Assembly (NCBI GenBank): GCA_016187335.1
Contig: JACPJW010000001.1
Span: 480,001-544,000 of the forward strand
Reading direction: 5' to 3'
From: Candidatus Aenigmatarchaeota archaeon
GTDB taxonomy: Archaea; Aenigmatarchaeota; Aenigmatarchaeia; GW2011-AR5
Length of the DNA stretch: 64,000 nucleotides
Below, piece after piece: positions 18,077-29,800 of the stretch. Below the pieces are notes generated by a model. It was not told the DNA's origin and ran no database searches. It saw nothing but the letters and a program-made list of their open reading frames with translations. The translations under genes and the position numbers were made by a program. Numbering within the stretch: the first letter of the stretch is position 1; each line of letters starts with the position of its first letter.

Positions 18077-18106
18077 GTTTTTTCTTTTTTCTTTTTCTTT
18101 CATTTT
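18077..18106 (+). terminator. Oligo-T terminator tract after S-layer gene
   Basis: Repeated T-tracts immediately downstream of the stop. Confidence 0.6.
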
Positions 18107-18180
18107 GCAAGAACTAGAGGGGAGAATGTTCTCTAAAGATTTTGCTAAAAATTCCTTTCTAAGAAAATTGCAGGAACAGA

Positions 18181-18579
18181 TCAGTCTTTATACAAAGTAG
18201 ACGGGAACAGTCCCGGTAAAATTATATCCCAAAAAGAGAGACCGCCTTCGGGTTGAGGATTGTCTGAAAGTAATTTCACCCCAACTTGAATGCCGTGGGA
18301 CTGTGTAATTTTGTCTGCCAATGCCGCCATTTTTGGAAGCTCGTCTTTTCCATGGACTTCCAGAAGGCACCCGCTGTCATATAATGGCCAGGACTGGCCT
18401 TCGGGGCATAAAGTTCCTACATACAAAGGCTTTTGCCTTCTAGGTAATCCTAAAAAGCCTCTGGTAGGTTCCCGTGGTTTTAGGATTCCGATACGGCCTG
18501 ATTCTGCATAACCCCAATCTGTAATCTGATAGCCTGCACTTCTAATATCAGTTTCCAGAGCGCGTCTTGCAACAACCAT
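18181..18579 (-). CDS. Hypothetical orphan protein
   Basis: ATG-started 132-aa ORF with an AT-rich promoter-like upstream region. Confidence 0.55.
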   Translation of the reverse strand: MVVARRALETDIRSAGYQITDWGYAESGRIGILKPREPTRGFLGLPRRQKPLYVGTLCPEGQSWPLYDSGCLLEVHGKDELPKMAALADKITQSHGIQVGVKLLSDNPQPEGGLSFWDIILPGLFPSTLYKD

Positions 18580-18691
18580 TTTCTCACTTGCTTATAAATT
18601 AAGCACGCTAACTTTTAAAAATCAATTTTTCCTTTTCCAGAAAGTCTGATGAAAAAATAGATATATCTTTTCACGTTTTCATCTTAGCAAA

Positions 18692-19231
18692 TTATTTCTT
18701 AACCGCCCTCAGCTTGAAGTAAACTGCTTCCGCGCCGCCGACCCAGTAGCACCAGAGCCGCTCGAAGCTCATCGGGAACCTGTTGGCAAGCCATTCTATG
18801 GGCATAAGAAAGAAATGCCACCTTGTCCTTGATTTATTGTGTGGATATTCCCTGCCTTCCACAAGGATCCTTGTTTCAATTGGTTCAAAAGTAAAGCCGT
18901 ATTCCTCCGGCTTGTGCGAGCGGAACGTGAAGTAAGAGCCGCCGCGCCTGTGCTGCAGGTGCGTCCATGCCTGGTGAGAGGAGAAGTGCGGCATCCATAC
19001 CTCGACAACAGCGCCGTTCCTGCATACCCTGTGGACCTCTTTCATCGCGTTGAAAGCGTCAACGTGCTCAAGGATTGAGCGCATGTAGACCTTTGTGAAA
19101 GTATTGTCCTTGAACGGTATGCCATGGTTGATGTCGCATATAACGTCGGCATCGCTGCTTTTGTCTACGTCAATACCCAGTGCGTTGCCCTTTCTGGTGC
19201 CGCAGCCCACCTCAAGCGTTTGGAATTTCAT
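18692..19231 (-). CDS. Class I SAM-dependent methyltransferase (type 11-like)
   Basis: LEVGCG, DINHGIPFKDNTF, ILEHV, EVHRVCRNGA. Confidence 0.88.
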   Translation of the reverse strand: MKFQTLEVGCGTRKGNALGIDVDKSSDADVICDINHGIPFKDNTFTKVYMRSILEHVDAFNAMKEVHRVCRNGAVVEVWMPHFSSHQAWTHLQHRRGGSYFTFRSHKPEEYGFTFEPIETRILVEGREYPHNKSRTRWHFFLMPIEWLANRFPMSFERLWCYWVGGAEAVYFKLRAVKK

Positions 19232-19277
19232 CAATTATCTTCTGAACCAAGATTTTTAAAGCGGATTCATTCTTGCT

Positions 19278-22200
19278 CTATTTTCTTAGCAGTTTTGTTT
19301 TGCGCGAATAAAGGAAAGCGCCGCCGACAACGACAGCAGCGGCTGCAAAAACAATGGTAAAATCTGCTATATTATAAGGTTTTGCAGTGACCTGCCCTGT
19401 GGGCGCTGTTTGATTGGCAGTTTTATTTTCGTTTTCCTGGTGCGGTGCAGCGGAGGCATTCACTGTTTGATTGACAGCTGTACTGGTTGTGTTCAGGGTT
19501 TGTCCTGCCGTATTGTTTCTGGATGTGTTTGTCGCCGCAGGCGGCGGGCTGCCGCTGCTGCTTGATGACGATGATGAGGAAGACGATGACGAAGATGAAG
19601 GCTGCGAAGGCGGCGTGTAGGTGAAAGTCACGTTCGTCTGGTTTACGTTGCTGGATGTGTCGTTCGCATAAAGAACAAGCGTGTTGCTGCCTGACGAAGC
19701 CGTTATCGTTGTGTTTGCGCAGCTGTCCAAAGTTGTGTTGGAGCCCGAATTCAGCCTGTACCAGCATTTGTCAACAGCAGCATTGTCGCTGACCGTGTAT
19801 GTTAACGATACGTTAGATGACGAATAAGTCGTTGCAGCCGGCAATGTCATTGTCAAAGAAGGCGCTGCCGTGTCGTTCCCGCCGGCGCCGCCCGAGAACG
19901 ACGGCAGAAAGAGAGTAGAGCTGTTGGCTGACAAATTGTAGCACGGCTTGTTGGTAACGTTGGCGTTGCAGGCGTTTGATATTCTTGTCGTTGTGACATT
20001 GATGCTCGTGCCGTTCAGGTAGAAATAAAGCGCGTAAGCGCGCGGGAAAGTTATTTTTGCCGTGAAGTTATCTGCTGGCAGCATGTCATTAAGGTCAACC
20101 CATACGTAGCTGTCCAATGCGCCACCAGAGTTGATGAACGCCCTTGATATATTCTGCTCTGATGTTATGTTTTTTGTCATGTTTATTGCCGCAGAAGAAT
20201 TGAGATTTCCTACAATGAAATCAGAGGTTTCTACCAGAATATTTGATATGTTGAACCGCAAGGTATAGTTATCAAATGAGGTGAGATTGTCGCTGTCAGC
20301 AAGTCCGCCTGTTGAATTGAGGAGCAGCAGCGTTATGTTCAGTCCTGACAAGCTTTGGTTAAGGCTCTTTATCACGGAAGTTATGTTTCTTGTCACGTTA
20401 ACGAAGACCCACCGCGCTTCCGTTGAATTCATATTGCCGAAGGAATCTGTGGCATTGACCCTGAAAGTATAGTTTCCTTCAGCCAGCTTTGTTTTCACCT
20501 TGAACCAGCTCAGCCCCGAGCCGTTCATTGATTCATTCACACCGTTCCATTCCAAGAATATTGAAGAAGGCACGTCGCTTGTCGTGACATTTACAGTAAA
20601 GGAATTGCTTGTGTTCAGGAAAAAATTAACTGGATTTTCAAAGGACATCTCCACGAATGCTACGTCGACGGTCACTGTTCGCGTGAGGTTCGTGGCATTT
20701 ATATTGCCTGCCTTGTCGGTCATCTGGATTTCTATTTTGTAAATGCCATCCGAAGGCACTCCCGTGCAGTACGTAGATGTGCAGGATCCATTCCATGTTT
20801 TAAGAATTGACAATGTGTTCTTCACTGTCTGGAAAGTCTTCACCCTGCTGCCGTTCTGCGCAAGAATGTACGTCGTGCTGAAATTGACAACTTCGTTAGC
20901 AGTCACATTGAAGCTTATTTCATCATAAAAGCCGTCGTTGTTCGGCGAGAAAATATTTCCCCTTGCGCCGCTGAAGCTGACATTAGCCTGCGGCACTGTC
21001 ATGTCAAAAGTTACATTTTTTTCAGTGAACGCGCTGTTTGACGCGGAATCGTTCACGTATATTTTGTATGAATGAAAGCCTTCCGAAGAGGACTTGTTGA
21101 TGAAGCAGTTAGCAGCAGAAGAGTTCATCGTCTCATTTGTTCCGTCCCATTCTAAAAAGCACCGGAACGGATTCGTTTCGTTCACTGTAACGTTAACAAA
21201 AGTGTAGTTTCTGTTCAAGAAGCGTCCGTTGTCATCGCTTATGTTTGTTATCGCAGGAAATATAGTGTCCACAAAGAACCTGATGGAGGAAAACGATGAT
21301 AATCCGTTGTCATCGATACAGGTCACGTTTACTTCATTAGAACCTTCAGGCAATACCTCATTAATGAATCCATAAGCCGAATCGAAATTATACGTGAAAT
21401 TTATTTTCAGGTTGTTCATATTGTACGTGCATTCCTGGGATGTCTGTACCCTCCTGTTGAGCAATACTTTATGTATTATGAGACTGGATTCGTTAAGATA
21501 AGTCCCGTTAGTTATGTTCGTTATATTTATTTTCGTCGCGGCGTTTGCCAGTTGATTTAGTATTTTATTATTCGATGTTACCGAGTAGCTGAGTGTCTGG
21601 TTCGGAATTATTTTCAAGATCCATAAGCCGGTCCCGCCGGAAAGGGAAAAATTAAGCCGCGTCCTGTTTTCCGGCAATACAGAAACTAACGACGAATAAT
21701 TGTAGAGCAAGGCGTTCACCGTCGCATTTCCAGTCCAGTCAATGCTGATTTCTATCGTCGTGTTCGTTACATTCAGTTCATGATACGTTGTTTCATTGAT
21801 TGAAGCGCTGAAGAGAAAGAGCTGGCCTGAAAGAGCAATGCTTGATGCCAAGGCGTATTTCTGCGTCCCGTTGACGTAAGTGCCATTCACAACCAGCTTC
21901 CAGTATCCTGATGACGGATTGGAAAAAATTATCTTTTCGTCCGTGTTGTTTATTGATAGCGAAGCGTTTCGCTGCGTGCCGGAGGGATCATAGAGCAGCA
22001 AATCCAGGTTGTTGTGCTCGCTGTAATTCTCCGGCCAGTAGAGGGTCGCGCGAAGCTCGCTGCTGCCGTCAGGCACGAAAATATTGTGCGCGCGGGAATA
22101 GTTGCCGATGATTGCTGACACGGTATAATTTATCTCACCGAGCAGCCGTGAGACATTTACAACGCCCGCCCCGTAGCTGTTGTTCTTCTCACGCCCGTCC

Positions 22201-23312
22201 GCCGTGTTCATCAGCAGTGCCTTGAACTCAGCCGGCGTAAGGTTGCCTCTCGCCTGCAATGCGAGCGCGGCAACGCCGGCTATGTGCGGCGCGGCCATGC
22301 TCGTGCCTCGCAGCGTAACAAAGCCGCCGTCGCTTGATGCGGAAGTTATCCACTCACCTGGTGCAATGATATCGGGCTTGATGCGGCCATCCCCTGTCGG
22401 GCCGCGGCTGCTGAACTCGCTTACGACATTTTTCTGTGTTCCGAGTGATCCGTTCTGCAGTTTGCCAGTCTGCCCGGAGCCCACAGTTATTGCCTTGTGC
22501 GACAGACCCGGGCTCTGTATGGACATAGCATCCGGACCTGCGTTTCCAGCGGAAACAGTAACGATTTTTTCCTGGTCCACGGCGTAATCCAAATACTGCG
22601 AAAGAGCATCGCTTCCGTCGTTATTGCCGTCAGCGCCGCCCAGGCTCAGCGTCAGCACATGCGCGCCCTGCGCTATGCACCAGTCAATACCTCTCATTAT
22701 GTCAGGATCAGGAGCGAACGAGTTTTCTGTTACGTTATCGACATTATAGAAAACTTTGGCATTGAGCAGTGACACACCCGGCGCGATCCCCCTGTAAGTA
22801 TTGTCGCCGCTTCCAACAATGCCCGCGACGTGTGTCCCGTGGCCAGTGCCGATATCATTCGTGCTGTTGCCGTCTTCATCATCCAGAACAAAATCTCTTT
22901 CTGCGACAATTCTGCCGGCGAGAGCAGGATGACTGCTGTTCATGCCCGTGTCAATGACGCACACCTTGACGCCGAAGCCGTTGTAGTATTGCCATATACC
23001 GCTTGCACCGATAAGCGGCGCAGAAACGTCAAGAAGCGGCCTGCTTTTTCTTTCAAGCCATACTTTTTTCACGCCTGCAGAATTTTCCAGGAAGGCGAAG
23101 TTAATTTTGCTTATGTTCGCGGCATAGAAGCCGCCGGTAAAATTTTCATATTCATGCGATACGGAAGCTATCAGCGGAAGCGCGGTTTCATCCGCCTTGA
23201 TGATGACCTTTACGTAATCAGTGCTCTGCCGGTAAACAGACGGCTCTATCTTGTCAGCGCTTGCAGCGGCGGCAATCAGCAGAACAGCAAAAATGAATAC
23301 AACAGGTCTCAT
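19278..23312 (-). CDS. Large membrane-anchored subtilisin (S8) protease with PPC-like and Ig-like domains
   Basis: Triad motifs [22 protein letters not shown]; signal peptide; Ser/Thr-rich stalk; C-terminal TM and basic tail. Confidence 0.95.
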   Translation of the reverse strand: MRPVVFIFAVLLIAAAASADKIEPSVYRQSTDYVKVIIKADETALPLIASVSHEYENFTGGFYAANISKINFAFLENSAGVKKVWLERKSRPLLDVSAPLIGASGIWQYYNGFGVKVCVIDTGMNSSHPALAGRIVAERDFVLDDEDGNSTNDIGTGHGTHVAGIVGSGDNTYRGIAPGVSLLNAKVFYNVDNVTENSFAPDPDIMRGIDWCIAQGAHVLTLSLGGADGNNDGSDALSQYLDYAVDQEKIVTVSAGNAGPDAMSIQSPGLSHKAITVGSGQTGKLQNGSLGTQKNVVSEFSSRGPTGDGRIKPDIIAPGEWITSASSDGGFVTLRGTSMAAPHIAGVAALALQARGNLTPAEFKALLMNTADGREKNNSYGAGVVNVSRLLGEINYTVSAIIGNYSRAHNIFVPDGSSELRATLYWPENYSEHNNLDLLLYDPSGTQRNASLSINNTDEKIIFSNPSSGYWKLVVNGTYVNGTQKYALASSIALSGQLFLFSASINETTYHELNVTNTTIEISIDWTGNATVNALLYNYSSLVSVLPENRTRLNFSLSGGTGLWILKIIPNQTLSYSVTSNNKILNQLANAATKINITNITNGTYLNESSLIIHKVLLNRRVQTSQECTYNMNNLKINFTYNFDSAYGFINEVLPEGSNEVNVTCIDDNGLSSFSSIRFFVDTIFPAITNISDDNGRFLNRNYTFVNVTVNETNPFRCFLEWDGTNETMNSSAANCFINKSSSEGFHSYKIYVNDSASNSAFTEKNVTFDMTVPQANVSFSGARGNIFSPNNDGFYDEISFNVTANEVVNFSTTYILAQNGSRVKTFQTVKNTLSILKTWNGSCTSTYCTGVPSDGIYKIEIQMTDKAGNINATNLTRTVTVDVAFVEMSFENPVNFFLNTSNSFTVNVTTSDVPSSIFLEWNGVNESMNGSGLSWFKVKTKLAEGNYTFRVNATDSFGNMNSTEARWVFVNVTRNITSVIKSLNQSLSGLNITLLLLNSTGGLADSDNLTSFDNYTLRFNISNILVETSDFIVGNLNSSAAINMTKNITSEQNISRAFINSGGALDSYVWVDLNDMLPADNFTAKITFPRAYALYFYLNGTSINVTTTRISNACNANVTNKPCYNLSANSSTLFLPSFSGGAGGNDTAAPSLTMTLPAATTYSSSNVSLTYTVSDNAAVDKCWYRLNSGSNTTLDSCANTTITASSGSNTLVLYANDTSSNVNQTNVTFTYTPPSQPSSSSSSSSSSSSSSSGSPPPAATNTSRNNTAGQTLNTTSTAVNQTVNASAAPHQENENKTANQTAPTGQVTAKPYNIADFTIVFAAAAVVVGGAFLYSRKTKLLRK

Positions 23313-23427
23313 TAACAAAAATAAGCAGGGCACAAGGATTTAACCAAAAAAGTGCGGCTTTGGAAGGAGGTTTTTTGTTAATAAGAGCGATAAGAATTCC
23401 TTTGAAGTTCTTTTTCCCATCAAGGAT

Positions 23428-23443
23428 TTTTCTTTCAAGAAAA
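23428..23443. repeat. Intergenic hairpin identical to the tRNA-Thr intron hairpin core
   Basis: ttttctttcaagaaaa is identical to 11791..11806. Confidence 0.7.
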
Positions 23444-23548
23444 ATGCTTGTGTCATACTTTTTCATACACTTTAGCATTACAAAGCCATTACCATTGCAA
23501 CTCCATAGTGATTAAATAGCGTCAATGTCGCCGCAATAAAGCTTAAAT

Positions 23549-23767
23549 ATGAATGTTACCAAAAGAATTTTGATGTCTGAAGGTAAGGGTGTGGAAAAGA
23601 AGATTATTACCATACTAAACCAGAGACTCCTTTCTACTTCTCAGATTGCGAAAAAACTGGACATGCGAAGAGAAGTCACTACAGGATATCTCGAAGCCCT
23701 CGTCCACCAAGGAAAAATCAGGAAAGATAAGGTGGGGCGCTCAAACGTTTACACTGTAAAGCACTGA
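23549..23767 (+). CDS. Small winged-helix HTH protein
   Basis: LSTSQIAKKLDMRREVTTGYLEALVHQGKI..KVGRS; alternative start at 23573. Confidence 0.8.
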   Translation: MNVTKRILMSEGKGVEKKIITILNQRLLSTSQIAKKLDMRREVTTGYLEALVHQGKIRKDKVGRSNVYTVKH

Positions 23768-23803
23768 ACAAATATATACGGGTAAAACCAATAGTTTAGA
23801 AGG

Positions 23804-26800
23804 ATGATGTTGCCGATGGATATGCGAAAAGGCGTTGTCAAAGGGTTCGTAGCAGTCAGCGCAATATTCCTGCTTGCGCTAGCCGTTTTCTTCGTTGCAA
23901 ATTACGTCTTCACGGTTTTCGCAACAGCTTCTTTGTCTTCCAACAATGTCGCGGCAGGACAGGGCAATGCGACCTTTGACACGAACCAGACGGGCATAGA
24001 CATAAACATAACGATAAACATCACGTCAATAAGCGGCGGCGTGAGCCAGGCGATTCAGGCGATAGATGTCAACATTACGCAGGCAGGATTTGTAAATGTA
24101 ACGGCAGAAAATCTGAGGTGTCCTGACAGTGCAACACTGACATGGGTTAATTCTTCTCTCACCGCAGGCACTGATGTTGTGCTCCGCTGCGCGAACGGAA
24201 CAGCGGCAGGCGCAGCACAGCTTAACAACACAGTTACGCAGCTCCGAATTGTCGGATTGACAGCAAGGAACAGCCCGGGAACTCCTACGTTTAACGTAAG
24301 CCTGAAGTACAACTCTTCAATGGCTGTTGAAAACAGCACTTTGATGACATTGACAATCCTTGAACTCCAGGCATCATCTTCTTTGAATGATACGACATCG
24401 CGCATAGACGAGCAGCGCAGCTACAACTTCACCATAACAAATAACGCGACAGAAAACGAGAACTACGAAAAAATAGATGAAATCAGAATAGATTATACGC
24501 TTTCAGGATTCACGGATACAGGCGGCGCGAATGTAACGTGCCCTACAAACTTGGGAACTCCTGCATGGGACCTGGTGAACAGCTCGGCAAGCAATGTCAT
24601 AAGATGTTCAAAGCCTGCAAGCGGAGGTTCGTCTTTGGACAAAGGTTCGTCCACTAACATTGTCATCAGAAACTGGGGCGCTTCGCCGATAGCCCAGACA
24701 AGAAGGTTTATCATAATTGTCAACGGCACCAACGCCAACGGCACATACACGGTTGCAAACCAATCAAGCCCTAGCGTTGTTGTGAACGGAACAATTAATG
24801 TTACGGGAACATCTGTCACGCCTTCCACGGTTGCGAGGAACGCGACAAATGTCACTTTGATGCGTTATGCATTCAACACGGTCGGCGAGCAGTTCAACGT
24901 GTCTTTGATAAAGCTCACGCTGAGCGGCTCTGCGGCAGAAAGCGACTTTGACGGGATAAGGCTTGTAAACGACTCCAACGCCGACGGCGCGTATGACGCA
25001 ACAGACACACCTGTTTTGAACGCTTCAGCCCTTTCTGCTGCGAGGCAATACGAGTTCGTCGGCAACCTCAGGATTTCCGACAACAACACTTTGCTTTTGG
25101 TTGCAAACTTTTCCGGCTCTGCGGTGGGCGGGCGCACTTTCAGGTTCAATCTCAATGCAACATCCGACATAGATTCCCTTGGCGGGAATTCCGGCGCTAA
25201 CGTCACGGAATCATTGGTAACAACGCAGTCAAACCAGGGCACGATACACGGCACCCTTGTGGTGAAGGGATACAACCTGGTGCCTACAACGAAAGCGATA
25301 AACACTGCAAACCTTGCCTTTGCTTACCTTGAATTCAACGCGACCGGCGAGGGCATGAACATATCACTGTTCAATATTACAAGAACAGGCTCTGCAACAG
25401 ACAGCGACGTTGTCCTTGTCCGTCTGTTCAACGACACGAACGCAAATGCTGCATTTGACGCGGGAACGGACACCCAGCTCGGCGCCGCGCTGAACGCAAG
25501 CTCCAGCAGCCAATATACATTCACAGGCTTCCAGTACAACATTTCAGCAGGCAGCGAAAGCAGGATATTCATTGTCGCGAACATAACATCGGCAACAGGC
25601 GGCCGGCTTGTTTCCTTCGGCCTGAACAGGACGGGCGACTTGCAGGTTGTCGGCGCAGCGACCAACGAAAACTTCACAGCCACGAAAAACATATCGTTTG
25701 TCACCGCGCAGTCCGGGACGACAAAAATACACGGAACGCTCAATATTATAGGAAAGGCCTTGAACCCTAATACGACGGCGATAAACACAGCAGGCTTGGC
25801 TGTATTGCTCCTGAACTTTACCGCAGAGGGCGAAACGATCAACGTGACGCAGATTAATCTTACAAGGACGGGATCGGTAACTGACGGCGACGGCATATTC
25901 AACGTGAGCCTGTACAACGACACGGACAGGAGCGGAACATGGAATTCCGCGGATATAGTTGTCACAAACGACACAGCGAATGCGCTGAACGTGACAACAT
26001 CAAGCCAGTACATTTTCCTGACATTGAATGATCAATCTGGGGACCTTGCCGGCAACGGCTACAACGTAACGACCGCGGGCTCTTCCCTGCTTGTGGTTGT
26101 AACAACAAACGCCTCCACGTCAACAGGCGGCAAGACGTTCAACCTGACCCTTAACGGCTCGGGCAGCGTGCAGGCATTCACCAATACATCCGCAGTGAAC
26201 CTCACAGGCTCCACAAATGTGACGCTGACGACCACGAACGGGAATCTGACGACAATATTCGGTACCCTTGCTGTATCCGGCACGCACATAGCGCCCGCGA
26301 CAGCTGATGCGGGCCAGCTTGCCGTCGCAATATTAAATGTCACGTTCGCAGCGACGGGCGAGCAGATGAACATAACCCAGATCAACATAACGCTGAACAA
26401 TACAAACAACAACGACGCATCTGCCGTCAAGCTGTACAACGACACGGACAGGAGCGGCTCTGTGAATGCCGGCGATTTACTTGTGGCAACAGCGACGGTC
26501 TCAGGCAGCATAGCAAGGTTCGGCACAGGAGCGGGTCAGCTGTTCAACGTCAGCGCCGGCGCGCAGAAAACCATGCTTGTGGCTTACGACATTAACTCAA
26601 CGGCAACGGGCGGCGACACATTGGATGCACACTTGGATGCAGCAGGAAACTTGACCGTGACCAGCGGCACGTCAGGCTTGTCAATAACCGCGTCAGGAAC
26701 TCCGGTGAACCCTGCTGGCAGCACGCAGGTAGTTGCGTTAGTTGCTACGGTCACTCTTGATTTCACATCCACGACGATAACGGCAACCGACAACTACAAT

Positions 26801-29800
26801 TTCACTATACAGAACACGGGCGGCGAGGAAATAAACAGCATGATGATAGATTACACGGCTTCAGGCTACTTTGACCCGCTCGGAAGCGATGTGACATGCC
26901 CGACGATAGCAGGAGGGGCATGGACCAAAACGAATGTGACCACAATAAACACACTAAACTGCACTTCGCCGGGCGGTGCCAACAACCTTGCCGTAAACGG
27001 CAAGGCAAACATAACCGTAAAGAACTTCCAGGCTGGCACATCAGCGGGCATCAAGACGTTCATTGTGCAGGTGCGCGGAACATCAGGCGGATTCTTCAAT
27101 GCGACGTCCAGCAACGTTACTGTTTCCGGATTCCTGAACATAACAGGAGCGAACCAGATCGCGGCAGCAGTTGCTGTTAATTCGACAAACGTTTCCGTCA
27201 TCAGGTACAACTTCACAGCAAGTGGCGAGCAGATGAACATAACGGTGATAAAGCTCACCCGCGCGGGAACATCGCGAGAAAGCGACATTGTCAGCGTGAA
27301 ATTGTTCAACGATACTAATGCTGACCAGCTGTATACACAAGCAACGGACGCGACCCAGATAGGAACGACAAAGACAGCAAACAACACCGGTGGCCAGTAT
27401 GAATTCACCGGCTTGTCGTTCTTCGTGCCTACAGACGGCAACATGTCCCTGTTCGCTGTGGTTGAAACAGGCGGCACGACGTCAACAGGCGGAAAGACGC
27501 TGATACTTAACCTGAACGGAACAGGCGATGTCAACGCCGCCGGCTCGTCAACCGGAGCGAATATCACGGAAAACCTTACCGGAACGGCATCAACAGCGTC
27601 AACGATATTCAGCAAGTTAGTAGTCTTAGGAAAGAGCCTTGTTTCATCAACGGTTGGCCTGAACACGAGCGGCTTAGCAGTTGTCCAGTTCAACCTGACA
27701 TCGCAGGGCGGCGAGCAGATAAACATAACTGAAATAAATCTTTCAAGGGTCGGCTCCGTAGTTGACGGCGACGTATTCAACGTGTCGCTTTACAACGACA
27801 CCGACCTCTCAGGAACGTTCAACGGCGGCGACACTGCCATAGGAACTGTAGGCCTGAATACAACAGCATCACCAGGATTGTACAGATTCACGGCCATAAA
27901 CTTCAACATGACGACAGCAACGAAGACGCTGTTCGTTGTGCTTACTGTCAATGATACGGGCTCGGGCAGGACATTCAACGTGAGCATAAACTCAACAGGC
28001 AGCATCCACGCATGGGCAACGACATCAAACATCAACCTGACCGGCACAACAAACCTCACATTGACGACGGCATCATCGTCAACAACCACGATAGCAGGCG
28101 GTTTCACAGTAACAGGAAAGAACCTAGCGCCTTCAACGAAGGTCATCAGCACCGCAGGCCTGCCGGTATTGCAGCTCAACTTCACCGCGACTGGGGAAAT
28201 GATGAACGTCACAGTGATAAAGATAACGCAAAAAGGAAGTGTTACAGCCGGCGAGGTTTACAATGTTTCGCTTTATAAGGACACGGATGCCTCAGGCACC
28301 TTCAACGCAGGCGATACGTTGCTAGGAAGCCCTCAGAATACCACATCAGCTAGCCAGTATGTGTTCACAGGATTCCTGTATAACATCACAACAACGGCCC
28401 AGGGCAACAGTACCCTGTTTGTTATAGTTACTATAAACAATACTGCCGGAAACGCATTCAATCTGAGCCTTAATTCAACAGGCGATATTGATACATTATC
28501 AGACACAACCCAACAGAATGTGAGCGAAACAATAACGACAGCAGAATCTTCAACGACGACAATACACGGAACGCTCACGGTCACAGGAAAGACAATCGCG
28601 CCGCTGACGAAGGTGATAGGTACTGCGAACCTTTCCGTGCTGCAGCTCAACTTCACGGCATCAGGCGAAGCCATGAATATATCGCTTGTAAATTTCAGCC
28701 TGATAGGAACAGCAACAGAAGCTAACCTGACAAACGTCAGGCTTGTGAACGACACCAACGGCAACGGCCAGTATGACGCAACCACGGATACGCTGCTGAG
28801 CCCTGTGCTGAACACGACGTCCGGAGTATTATTCAGATTCGGCTCGCTGACTTACTTCGCGAACACGGGCGGCGTGAACACGATATTTGTAGTGGTCAAC
28901 ATTACAGGAGTAACCGCAGGCACAGGCGGCAACTTCTTCAACTTCAGCATAAACACCACCAATGACATGCATGTTGTCGGAAGAAGTTCCATAATCAACA
29001 TAACAGCCACGACAAACATAACGCTTACAAGCACGGCTTCGTCCGTGAACACGACAATACACGGAACATTGAACGTAACCGGCAAGAGCCTTGCTATTTC
29101 GGCAACAACGCCTTCAACGGCAAACTACACCGTGATGCTTATCAACTTCACGGCAGTCGGCGAGGGCATGAACATAACCAAGATAAACATAACGCGTTCA
29201 GGAACGGCAACTGACGGCAACTTCACGCTGCTGAGATTATTCAACGACACCGACCTCTCAGGAACGTTCAACGGCGGCGACCTCCAGATGCTCGGCGCCA
29301 TAAACTCGTCGACAAACGGAGAATACGTGTTCAGCGGCCTCTTCAACATCACGGGAGGAGCTAGCAACACGCTGATACTTGTAATAAACATAACAAACAC
29401 AGCCTCCGGCGGCGCAACGTTCAACTTCAGCGTGACGGGCACAGACAAGTTGCAGGTGTTCACAACATCATCAAATGTGAACCTGACCGCCTCGAGCAAC
29501 ATTACCGTAAGCAATGTGTCATCATCAACAACGACAATCAATTCAGTCACACTGCAGGGACTAAGCCTGATAGAAACAGCTACAAACAAGACGTTGGACA
29601 GCGGGACCGGCTTTTATGAAATCCCTTCAAACGAGGCTAACATAGCTGTCATGCGCATAAACCTGACTGCCGTCGGCGAGAACATGAACCTGTCAGTCAT
29701 CAAACTTACACGGGCAGGATCAAGCGGACTTTCAGATGACAACATTGTAAATGTAAGGTTATTCAACGACACCAACGGCAACGGAAGGTTTGATTCCGGA

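Noticed and set aside
19555-19612. (GAT/GAC/GAA)n low-complexity tract
   Set aside because: Encodes the poly-Ser linker of the S8 protease on the minus strand; not an independent repeat element.
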